Assembly: GCA_030688545.1 (NCBI GenBank) | Contig: JAUYHT010000002.1 | Location: 90,001-122,000, forward strand | DNA from: Candidatus Iainarchaeum sp. | Lineage (GTDB): Archaea; Iainarchaeota; Iainarchaeia; Iainarchaeales; VGJJ01 | Direction: 5' to 3' | DNA: 32,000 nt | Shown here: piece after piece, positions 1-7,276 of the stretch | How positions within the stretch are numbered: position 1 is the stretch's first letter | Layout of the letters: the number at the start of each line of letters is the position of its first letter | Notes under the pieces: model-generated | The model's input: only the letters and a program-made list of their open reading frames with translations | What the model was told of the DNA's origin: nothing | The model's database searches: none | Program-made: the position numbers and the translations under genes

Positions 1-553
1 AGGAGGCGGCATCCTGGACATCGGTGTCCGTTATTCGTCCTTGGGGGCCGGTGCCTTTTACTTTTTGGATATCCACATTCAACGAACGTGCGAGTTGGCG
101 CGTGGCGGGGGTGGCAAGCACCGGGGCATTCGCGGGCGAGGAAAGGGGAGGGGTTTGGGATTTTTCAGGAAGAGGAGGCGGCGTTTTGGGAGGAAGCGGA
201 ACGGATGTTTTTTTTCCGGTGGCGGGTGCGGGGGAAACAGGAGAAGAGGGAGCGGTAGACGCGGGGGCAGGGGTTGCGGGGGTAGCAGCAGGGGAGGGAG
301 AACCTGCTTGCTCCCCGGCCTCGCCGATGGTTGCCAACACGCTCCCCACTTTGATGAGCTCGCCGGGTTTCCCGTACAGCTTGAGAATAACTCCTGCTTT
401 GGGCGCGGGTATTTCCACCACGGCCTTGTCGGTTTCTATCTCCGCAATGGCCTGGTCGACCTTAATGGTTTCGCCCTCCTTCACCAGCCACTTGATGAGG
501 GTTCCTTCGGTTGTACCCTCCCCCACATCCGGAAACTTGAAATCGTACGGCAT
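1..553 (-). CDS. 2-oxoacid dehydrogenase complex E2 (dihydrolipoamide acyltransferase), N-terminal part; 3' end runs off the window
   Basis: Absent from the ORF track because it is open at the window edge. Hand translation of the minus strand from ATG (553-551) gives MPYDFKFPDVGEGTTEGTLIKWLVKEGETIKVDQAIAEIETDKAVVEIPAPKAGVILKLYGKPGELIKVGSVLATIGE, a lipoyl domain with the ETDKA lipoyl-lysine motif. A Pro/Ala/Ser/Thr linker follows, then VLATPATRQLARSLNVDIQKVKGTGPQGRITDTDV, a peripheral subunit-binding domain. TATA-like box on the minus strand (575-584) lies about 27 nt upstream of the ATG. Confidence 0.85.
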   Translation of the reverse strand, partial: MPYDFKFPDVGEGTTEGTLIKWLVKEGETIKVDQAIAEIETDKAVVEIPAPKAGVILKLYGKPGELIKVGSVLATIGEAGEQAGSPSPAATPATPAPASTAPSSPVSPAPATGKKTSVPLPPKTPPPLPEKSQTPPLSSPANAPVLATPATRQLARSLNVDIQKVKGTGPQGRITDTDVQDAAS

Positions 554-607
554 AGGTATCCTCATCCGGACGGCGAATAAAAAGGGTGATGGAACGGCCC
601 GGTGTTT

Positions 608-1270
608 TTATCCGGTCGTTTCGGTCTGGTAGCGTAAATAGGAATAGGCGATTAGGTAGAGGACGATGGCCAGGAGAGGAAGGAAGAAGGTCTGGAATGG
701 ATTGTCGGGGAAAAAGGACGTGATCAAGGCGAGGAACCCCAAGAGCATAAACAATTTTCCCCCGCGGGCATGCACGTCCCGCCACACCTTGGTGTTTGCC
801 AAAGTCCAGGGCGTGCGGATCCCGAACAACCAATTGGGAGTAACTCGCTCCAGCATTTTACCCAGGATGAGGAACAGCATTCCAATTCCAACGAATACCC
901 ATTGGGAGACCGAGAAGACGTGTCCCAGGTTCCAGGCGATGGTTCCCAATTGAACCAAAATGAGGAAAACGAGAAAAACGAGGATGAACCCATGCAACTC
1001 CGGAGGATACAGGGGGAGTGTCCCCACTTTGGACGTTGATTTACGGGTGACCAACCAATAATATCCGGCGGTGAAAATACCCATGATGAAGGGAAGAAGG
1101 AAAAGACCCACATCCTTGGGCATGCTCCCGTCCGGTTGCCCCGCGGCATTCCAATGCGTCACCATGGTGTCGGGAACACTGGGATAAAAATAAAGGCTCA
1201 CCAGAAAAGCCGCGAGAACGAGCGCAGCCCCCGCATACAAGGAAAAGCGCACGGCGGAATGGGCAAGCAT
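608..1270 (-). CDS. SdpI/DUF1648-family integral membrane protein
   Basis: 220-aa ORF. N-terminal YPSVPDTMVTHWNAAGQPDGSMPK is DUF1648-like. NWLFGIRTPWTLANTKVWRDVHARGGK is an SdpI-like motif. Multiple hydrophobic helices. Own TATA-like box (1293-1301, minus strand) about 27 nt upstream of the ATG at 1270. Confidence 0.7.
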   Translation of the reverse strand: MLAHSAVRFSLYAGAALVLAAFLVSLYFYPSVPDTMVTHWNAAGQPDGSMPKDVGLFLLPFIMGIFTAGYYWLVTRKSTSKVGTLPLYPPELHGFILVFLVFLILVQLGTIAWNLGHVFSVSQWVFVGIGMLFLILGKMLERVTPNWLFGIRTPWTLANTKVWRDVHARGGKLFMLLGFLALITSFFPDNPFQTFFLPLLAIVLYLIAYSYLRYQTETTG

Positions 1271-1353
1271 TCCCCAAATGGGATGTTCCGGAGAATAAAA
1301 GAGGACCTATTCCTTTTTTGGATGGGGGATTAAACCTCCCCCAGATGAACCCA

Positions 1354-2331
1354 TCAAAACCGCATGACATCCTGGATAGCGGCATAGATGCGGTCGGCGT
1401 GGGGGATGAAGTGCTCTTCATTCTTGAGCAGGGGCATGATGGTGTCAAATCCGGTGACGCGGCGCACGGGAGCTTCTAATGACAGGAGATCATTCTCAAG
1501 AATGCGGGCCATGACCTCGGAGGCCAACCCCAATGTCTGGGGGGCTTCCTGGGCGATGACACAGCGACCGGTTTTCCGTACACTTTTATGGATGATATCC
1601 CAGTCAATGGGAGAAAGGGTGCGGAGATCAATGAGTTCAATGGACCATTTCTCATTCTGGGAAATGGTTTCCAATGCTTCCTTACACGCTAGGGTCATGG
1701 TGCCCCAGGTGATGAGGGTAATATCTTCCCCAGGTTGACGGATGAATGCTTCCCCGAGGGGAGTGGCATACTGTTCCTCGGGCACCTCTTCCTTGAAAGC
1801 TCGGTAGAGACGCAGGGGCTCTAGAAATATCACGGGATCCTTCTCCCGCATGGATGAGGTCAACAAACCTTTAGCATCCGTGGGAGTGGAGGGCATCACC
1901 ACTTTCAACCCAGGAGTATGGATGTAGTAGGCTTCCGAACTCTCAGAATGGTGCTCGGGCGCTTTCACCCCACCCGAACAGGGGGTGCGCACCACTAATG
2001 GGCAGGAAAATCGTCCCCGGGAACGGTTGCGGATGCGAGATGCGTGGGAAATGAGCTGATTCAAACCCGGATACATGAAACCAGAGAACTGCACCTCCGC
2101 CACGGGGTGCAAACCATACGCAGCCATCCCAATGCCTAACCCAATGATTCCCGCTTCCGCGAGGGGGGTATCAAATACGCGGTGGGAACCATGCTTGGCC
2201 TGCAACCCATCGGTTACCCTAAAAACGCCCCCATCCTTTCCCACGTCCTCCCCATACACCACTAAATCAGGATTAGATTGGAGCTCGAGGTCCATCGCCT
2301 GATTGAGGGCTTGGATCATGTTGACCTTCAT
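1354..2331 (-). CDS. 2-oxoacid dehydrogenase E1 component, beta subunit
   Basis: 325 aa. Typical E1-beta N-terminus (MIQALNQAMDLELQSNPDLVVYGEDVGKDGGVFRVTDGLQAKHG..RVFDTPLAEAGIIG) and transketolase-like C-terminal domain. Start ATG overlaps the E1-alpha stop (ATGA, 2328-2331). Confidence 0.9.
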   Translation of the reverse strand: MKVNMIQALNQAMDLELQSNPDLVVYGEDVGKDGGVFRVTDGLQAKHGSHRVFDTPLAEAGIIGLGIGMAAYGLHPVAEVQFSGFMYPGLNQLISHASRIRNRSRGRFSCPLVVRTPCSGGVKAPEHHSESSEAYYIHTPGLKVVMPSTPTDAKGLLTSSMREKDPVIFLEPLRLYRAFKEEVPEEQYATPLGEAFIRQPGEDITLITWGTMTLACKEALETISQNEKWSIELIDLRTLSPIDWDIIHKSVRKTGRCVIAQEAPQTLGLASEVMARILENDLLSLEAPVRRVTGFDTIMPLLKNEEHFIPHADRIYAAIQDVMRF

Positions 2332-3446
2332 GGGAATCCCGGTCCTATCGTGTCGGGTTGATTTTCCTTTCCATGAGTTTGTCGGAAACCCACATAGGCG
2401 CGTTTCTGTTCCGCCAAATCCTTAGGAGTAATAGCATACATGTGGTCGAAAAGATCCTCTATTTTTTGTGGGGGCATGGTTTCATACGCTTGCACCGCCT
2501 TTTCCACTTTCGCAACGGCTTCCTGCTTGATCTGGTCGATGAGGGATGGGGAAAGAATGCCTTTGGCGAGAAGAAATGTTTCAAAACGAGCAATAGGATC
2601 CTTGGCCCGCCAAGCCGCTATTTCTTCTTTTGTTCGATACCGCGTGGAATCATCCGCGGTGGTATGGTCACCTATACGGTAAGTTTCAAATTCAAGGAAA
2701 GTAGGTCCTTTTCCCGAAATGGCTTTTTCGCGCGCGATCGAGGTGGCCAAATAGCAGGCCAACACATCATTCCCATCCACTTGCAATCCTTCGATGCCAT
2801 ACGCAATCGCTTTCTGCGCGAGGGTCTGCGCGGCCGTCTGGTTTTTTCGCGCCACGGAGATGGCATATTGATTGTTCTGACATATGAGAATGACAGGAGC
2901 ATTGAACACCCCTGCCGCGTTCATGGCCTCATGAAATTCTCCCTCGCTCGTGCCCCCATCCCCCATATAACCCACGGCGACCGCATCCCTTTTTTTGTAT
3001 TTCATCCCTAGCGCGCACCCCACCGCGTGCAAGGGCTGGGACCCCACCGGAATGGAAACGGGAAAACAGTTCTGCCCCTCTCCCGGGTCCGAACCCCGTT
3101 CGTCGCCTCCCCAATACTGTAATGTCTTCACCATTTCCACGCCCCGGGTGAAAAATACCCCATGTTCTCTAAATGCGGGGAATGTCCAATCCTGGTTTTT
3201 TAGGGCGAAGGCACTTCCCACGGTACAGGCCTCTTGACCTAAGCTTGAGGCGTACGTCCCAATACGTCCCTGGCGCTGGAGCTTGAGGGCCTTGTCATCA
3301 AAAATGCGGAGCTGGAGCATGTGAATATACAAGGCTATCAGCTGGGGCGGGGTCAAGGGAGGCAACAATTTCTCGTCAGCCTTCCCATTCTCATCCAGGA
3401 TGGACAATCTGTTCACCCCGAATTGGGCGATTTGGGTCAGGGGCAT
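2328..3446 (-). CDS. 2-oxoacid dehydrogenase E1 component, alpha subunit (TPP-dependent)
   Basis: 372 aa. TPP-binding region GDGGTSEGEFHEAMNAAGVFNAPVILICQNNQYAIS. First gene of the E1alpha-E1beta pair. TATA TTTAAATA on the minus strand at 3468-3475, about 25 nt upstream of the ATG. Confidence 0.9.
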   Translation of the reverse strand: MPLTQIAQFGVNRLSILDENGKADEKLLPPLTPPQLIALYIHMLQLRIFDDKALKLQRQGRIGTYASSLGQEACTVGSAFALKNQDWTFPAFREHGVFFTRGVEMVKTLQYWGGDERGSDPGEGQNCFPVSIPVGSQPLHAVGCALGMKYKKRDAVAVGYMGDGGTSEGEFHEAMNAAGVFNAPVILICQNNQYAISVARKNQTAAQTLAQKAIAYGIEGLQVDGNDVLACYLATSIAREKAISGKGPTFLEFETYRIGDHTTADDSTRYRTKEEIAAWRAKDPIARFETFLLAKGILSPSLIDQIKQEAVAKVEKAVQAYETMPPQKIEDLFDHMYAITPKDLAEQKRAYVGFRQTHGKENQPDTIGPGFP

Positions 3447-3467
3447 GGGCAGGAAATGAAACTGGAT

Positions 3468-3475
3468 TATTTAAA
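3468..3475 (-). promoter_or_regulatory. TATA box (TTTAAATA on the minus strand) for the E1alpha-E1beta unit
   Basis: Centre about 25 nt upstream of ATG 3446. Confidence 0.5.
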
Positions 3476-3558
3476 CCACTCCCAATCGCTTGGCTCTATA
3501 GGAAAAGGCTGGGTTTTTCCCCCAACTCACTCTACCTCCCGACGTGGCGTTCGAACGG

Positions 3559-3567
3559 TTTTATTAA
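3559..3567 (+). promoter_or_regulatory. TATA-like box TTTTATTAA for the aminopeptidase gene
   Basis: Centre about 29 nt upstream of ATG 3592. Confidence 0.45.
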
Positions 3568-3591
3568 GGGATTTTCCTTCCTGGGGAAAGA

Positions 3592-6075
3592 ATGCACCGA
3601 CACCTCTTCGAGGGAATGAATGGAATGTCCTGCCATTTTCAGGTAGGGGGGGAGGATTCCCGCTTCCTGGCGCCGGATGCCAAACCCCAGTATGCGGAGG
3701 ACCGGGGGTTTATTCCCACGCATATCGACCTCTCCCTGAGTGTGGACATAAAGAAGCAGCACGTGCGGGGAGAGGTGAAAACGAAGGTGGAATTATTCCC
3801 CCATTCCAAGGAAATGATTTTTCACGCGGTGGAGATGACCATCCATTCCGTAAAAGTAAATGGGAAAAAATCCCCGTACGACTATGATAAGGAAAAAATC
3901 ACCATCCCCCGGGGAAAACTGGCGGGAAAGGGAGTGGTGGCGATCGCCTTCGAATACACTCATCCTCCCATGGGGATGCACTTCATCCACCCCACCAAAG
4001 ACCGGCCGGACAAACCCTATCAGGTGTGGACCCATTCCGAAGCCCAGGAGGCGCGGTACTGGTATCCGTGCCAGGATTTGCCTGAAACCAAATGCCCCAT
4101 CACCCAACGCATCACGGTGGAATCCCCATTTCAGGTGGTGGGAAATGGGAATCTCATCTCAACCAAAAAAGAAAATGGATGGATCACCTACACCTGGGAT
4201 TTCCCCCACCCCAATCCCTCCTACCTCAATGCCATCATGATTGGGGAATTCGACGTCATTCGGGAAAAATGGAAACACGTGGACATCGCCTACTATTTCA
4301 GGAAAGGGAAGGAAAAGGAAGCCCGTAATGGCTTCAAGAACACCCCCCAGTGCCTCGCGTTCTTCTCGGAATACACGGGGTTCGAATACCCTCACAACAA
4401 ATATGCACAAGTGGGAGTGGCGGATTTTATCTATGGCGGGATGGAGCACACCACCTGCACCACGATGACGGACAACATCCTTCAGGATGATATTATTCAT
4501 GCGGAATTCGATGCCCGCCCCCAACAACTGATTGCCCACGAGCTCGCGCACCAGTGGTTCGGCGATCTCCTCACGTGCAAGGATTGGTCGCACGGCTGGC
4601 TGAACGAGGGATTCGCCACCTTCTTCGAGATGCTGTGGCAGGAACATAGAAACAAGGACGAAGGGCGGTATGCCTTCTACCAGGACATCCAAATCTATCT
4701 CCAGGAGGATAAAGACCTTTACCGCCGCCCCATCGTGAGCAAGTTATACCAGAATCCCTCCGACCTGTTCGACGAACATCTGTATGCGAAAGGGGGTATT
4801 ATTCTCCATTACCTCCGCTACTACCTGGGGGAAAAAGCGTTCCGAGAGGGAATATCGCATTACCTCCATAAGCACGCGCACACCACGGTGCAGACGGAAG
4901 ACCTGCTCAACGCGTTCCGCGAGAAGACGGGGAAAAACCTAACTTTGTTCTTTGACCAATGGATTTACGCCGCTGGATTTCCCGAGCTGCGCATCTCCAT
5001 GCATGCCCAAGGTAAAAAAGCGATGGTGCGGGTGGTGCAGGTGCAGAAAGGAAATGATAATCCCTTGTACGATTTCGATGTGGATATCGGAGTATACTAC
5101 GGAAACCACCAGGTGAAAGTGGAACGCCACCGCATCCACCGGAAGGAACACCGCTTCACCATCCCAGTGGGAGGAAAAATCCATAATATCGTTTGGGACA
5201 ACGCCTACGCGGTGTTGGAAAACGCTCCCCAGCGGAAATCTCGGGAAATGTGGCGCTACCAAGCTCTCCACGATCTGCATGTCCTTCACCGCATCGACGC
5301 GGCGAAAGAATTGGCAATCATGGGGGGACCGGAAGAACTGGGGGTTTTGAAGGAAGTGCTGCATCACGACCCCTTCTGGGGAGTCCGCGCAGAGGCCGCG
5401 TTGGCATTAGGCAACATCCCCAATACCCGGGCAGCGGAGATCCTCATCCATGCTTATGACACGGAGAAAAACCACCGCGTCCTCAAGAACATCCTGGGGG
5501 GATTGGGAACCCATTCCCTTCCCGAAGCCCGCGAAGTACTTCTGCGAGGAATCCAGAGGGAAGACTCCTACCTCATTCCCATGCAGGCGTATGCTTCCCT
5601 GGGAAAACACAAGCACCCGGCCAATTGGGCGGTGCTCATGGAAGGGCTTAAACGGGAATCCTGGATGGACATCGTGCGAACAGGATGTGCGATTGGCATT
5701 TCAAATTTCCAGGACGGGCGCGCCCTCAAGATATTGGATGGGCTCATGCACCCCCGTTATTCCAATGAATTGAGGCAGAATGTCATCCGCAGTCTCGAGA
5801 TAGGAGGAAAAGGGTATGAGAAAACCTATGCAATGGTGGAAAAAGCGCTGAAGGACCCCTACATCAACCTCCAACTGGATGGGCTAACCATTCTCGGCAA
5901 GATCGGGGACGAGCGCCATCTCCCCATCCTCCGGGAATTCCAGAAGGGTCACCGGGATTCACGGCTGAAACGGAAAGCCATGGAAAGCATCCGGATGATC
6001 GATGGGGGATTGGACCTGCCCACATTCAAACCTGAAAAAGTTCCTTTGGTCAGGGCAGGAAAAGAGACCAAATGA
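3592..6075 (+). CDS. M1-family zinc aminopeptidase with C-terminal HEAT (PBS-lyase-type) repeats
   Basis: 827 aa. GGMEHTT (GxMEN-type exopeptidase motif) and HELAHQWFGDLLTCKDWSHGWLNEGFATF (HExxH-x18-E). The C-terminal ~270 aa carry repeats of the type DPFWGVRAEAALALGNI. The start could also be Met9 or Met12. Confidence 0.85.
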   Translation: MHRHLFEGMNGMSCHFQVGGEDSRFLAPDAKPQYAEDRGFIPTHIDLSLSVDIKKQHVRGEVKTKVELFPHSKEMIFHAVEMTIHSVKVNGKKSPYDYDKEKITIPRGKLAGKGVVAIAFEYTHPPMGMHFIHPTKDRPDKPYQVWTHSEAQEARYWYPCQDLPETKCPITQRITVESPFQVVGNGNLISTKKENGWITYTWDFPHPNPSYLNAIMIGEFDVIREKWKHVDIAYYFRKGKEKEARNGFKNTPQCLAFFSEYTGFEYPHNKYAQVGVADFIYGGMEHTTCTTMTDNILQDDIIHAEFDARPQQLIAHELAHQWFGDLLTCKDWSHGWLNEGFATFFEMLWQEHRNKDEGRYAFYQDIQIYLQEDKDLYRRPIVSKLYQNPSDLFDEHLYAKGGIILHYLRYYLGEKAFREGISHYLHKHAHTTVQTEDLLNAFREKTGKNLTLFFDQWIYAAGFPELRISMHAQGKKAMVRVVQVQKGNDNPLYDFDVDIGVYYGNHQVKVERHRIHRKEHRFTIPVGGKIHNIVWDNAYAVLENAPQRKSREMWRYQALHDLHVLHRIDAAKELAIMGGPEELGVLKEVLHHDPFWGVRAEAALALGNIPNTRAAEILIHAYDTEKNHRVLKNILGGLGTHSLPEAREVLLRGIQREDSYLIPMQAYASLGKHKHPANWAVLMEGLKRESWMDIVRTGCAIGISNFQDGRALKILDGLMHPRYSNELRQNVIRSLEIGGKGYEKTYAMVEKALKDPYINLQLDGLTILGKIGDERHLPILREFQKGHRDSRLKRKAMESIRMIDGGLDLPTFKPEKVPLVRAGKETK

Positions 6076-6157
6076 TGACTCGTCAGATTCTGGAATAAAT
6101 TTATTTGTATGAGTCGATTCACTTGAATTAAAATTGAAATGGATCAAAGAGGAACAA

Positions 6158-6307
6158 ATGGTTAAAAAAATAAATGATTTGTACCAGTGCGTGGCATGTG
6201 AATTGCTTTACAAAGAAAAAGGAATCGCGGAATCATGTCAATCATGGTGCCAGACCCACCACTCCTGCAATCTCCAAATAATCCAGTTGGCTGTAAAGAA
6301 AGAATAA
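6158..6307 (+). CDS. small Cys-rich (putative zinc-binding) protein, 49 aa
   Basis: Below the ORF-track size cutoff. Hand translation: MVKKINDLYQCVACELLYKEKGIAESCQSWCQTHHSCNLQIIQLAVKKE. It has CxxC, then CxxxC, then HHxC. An A/T box GAATTAAAATTG (6125-6136) lies about 27 nt upstream, and AGAGGA lies 5 nt upstream of the ATG. Confidence 0.4.
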   Translation: MVKKINDLYQCVACELLYKEKGIAESCQSWCQTHHSCNLQIIQLAVKKE

Positions 6308-6406
6308 CCGACGCGGCTTAAACGCGAGTATGTTCTATTCAGAAATGTAAATCACCCTTATAATGGAAATATGAACCTTTTTCGTCGGCCTTTTTTATGA
6401 AAAATG

Positions 6407-6422
6407 GGGGGCTAAAGCCCCC
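6407..6422. other. GC hairpin GGGGGC-TAAA-GCCCCC in the AT-rich spacer upstream of the CDPS gene
   Basis: Perfect 6-bp G/C stem with a 4-nt loop, preceded by a T6 tract (6391-6396). Function unknown. Confidence 0.4.
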
Positions 6423-6457
6423 AAGGCATTAGAGAATGAGGGAAGGGGCCAGTTAGA

Positions 6458-6469
6458 AATAATTAAATA
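6458..6469 (+). promoter_or_regulatory. TATA-like box AATAATTAAATA for the CDPS gene
   Basis: Centre about 27 nt upstream of ATG 6491. Confidence 0.5.
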
Positions 6470-6490
6470 GGATAGTTTGATTCATCCAAG

Positions 6491-7177
6491 ATGAAAGTAA
6501 AATTGTATAATATTACCCCAAAAGGCCTGTCGCTGAGACAGCACCACATTTTTATTGGAATCAGCCTTGGAACGGCCAAGAAGTTGACAAAGGATCAGAT
6601 TACCAATTGGATTAATTGGGGTAAATTGTATACTAAGGGGCAAATCGTCTTTTTGATTGCTGATGAGATAGCGCGTTTCAATTACCGCGTTTTTAGCGGT
6701 TATGGAGAAACTAAATCGATTAATCGTGCCTTTAATGAAGGTTTAAAATATGAGAAACTAATTCGAGACATAACCATGGAAAAAGGCATTATGAGAGTAG
6801 GTGTGATTCATTGGAGGGATATTTGGAATAATGAAAAAGAAAAGATTAGATTAGTATTAACAGAGGAATATTGCACAAATGAAAAATTTAGGACTAATAT
6901 TCTTTTTTTCGTTCGCAAATATGTGAAAAATAGGGGAGTTGACCCGGATGAATCGCAACTAGATTATTTGTCACAGTATATTTTGTATGAACTGCCTACA
7001 CTAATGGATGGAATTTCCTATAACCGGACGAAATATTCATTACTACTTTATCCAATCTTCGGGCGCAGCAGCGGAATGAGTGAATTTGTTGTTGGTCTCA
7101 AAAAGAGTTTTCCAAATCTCAATAAAAAGTTAACCCCTTACATTCAGATTCCTTTAGTCGAAACCAACATCGAATGA
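6491..7177 (+). CDS. tRNA-dependent cyclodipeptide synthase (CDPS, AlbC family; XYP subtype by motif)
   Basis: 228 aa. HHIFIGISLGT matches AlbC HALIGISAGN (Ser25 = AlbC Ser37). QYILYELP matches AlbC NYVLAEAP (Tyr163/Glu167 = Tyr178/Glu182). LLLYP has Tyr187 exactly 20 residues after the Glu, as AlbC Tyr202. Thr at the N40-equivalent position plus Tyr-Pro indicates the XYP subtype. Size is typical of CDPSs. Own TATA (6458-6469) and T6 terminator (7182-7187). Confidence 0.7.
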   Translation: MKVKLYNITPKGLSLRQHHIFIGISLGTAKKLTKDQITNWINWGKLYTKGQIVFLIADEIARFNYRVFSGYGETKSINRAFNEGLKYEKLIRDITMEKGIMRVGVIHWRDIWNNEKEKIRLVLTEEYCTNEKFRTNILFFVRKYVKNRGVDPDESQLDYLSQYILYELPTLMDGISYNRTKYSLLLYPIFGRSSGMSEFVVGLKKSFPNLNKKLTPYIQIPLVETNIE

Positions 7178-7181
7178 ACCC

Positions 7182-7187
7182 TTTTTT
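7182..7187 (+). terminator. oligo-T tract after the CDPS stop
   Basis: T6 begins 5 nt after TGA (7175-7177). Archaeal termination typically uses oligo-T. Confidence 0.4.
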
Positions 7188-7276
7188 ACAAGTAAATACG
7201 ATGCTGTATTATTCCTTACAAAAGAGGATTTACTGCTATCAACTATACGCCTGGAGGACATTATTTTACTCTTGGA

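Noticed and set aside
24-632. Plus-strand ORFs 24..632 (202 aa) and 41..580 (179 aa), which are Gly/Arg/Ala-rich
   Set aside because: They are antisense to a clearly recognisable E2 lipoyl and subunit-binding domain coding sequence on the minus strand. They have low-complexity composition and GTG-type starts, and are artefacts of a GC-rich linker region.
1323-1343. 7-bp hairpin TGGGGGA-TTAAACC-TCCCCCA between E1beta and the SdpI-like gene as an intrinsic terminator
   Set aside because: On the transcribed (minus) strand it is followed by an A-run, not a T-run. The T6 tract lies on the wrong side. The function is unclear, so I do not call it a terminator.
6452-6463. 12-mer GTTAGAAATAAT repeated at 6452-6463 and 24285-24296
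   Set aside because: A single AT-rich 12-mer match in 32 kb on two strands is within chance expectation. The flanks do not extend the match.
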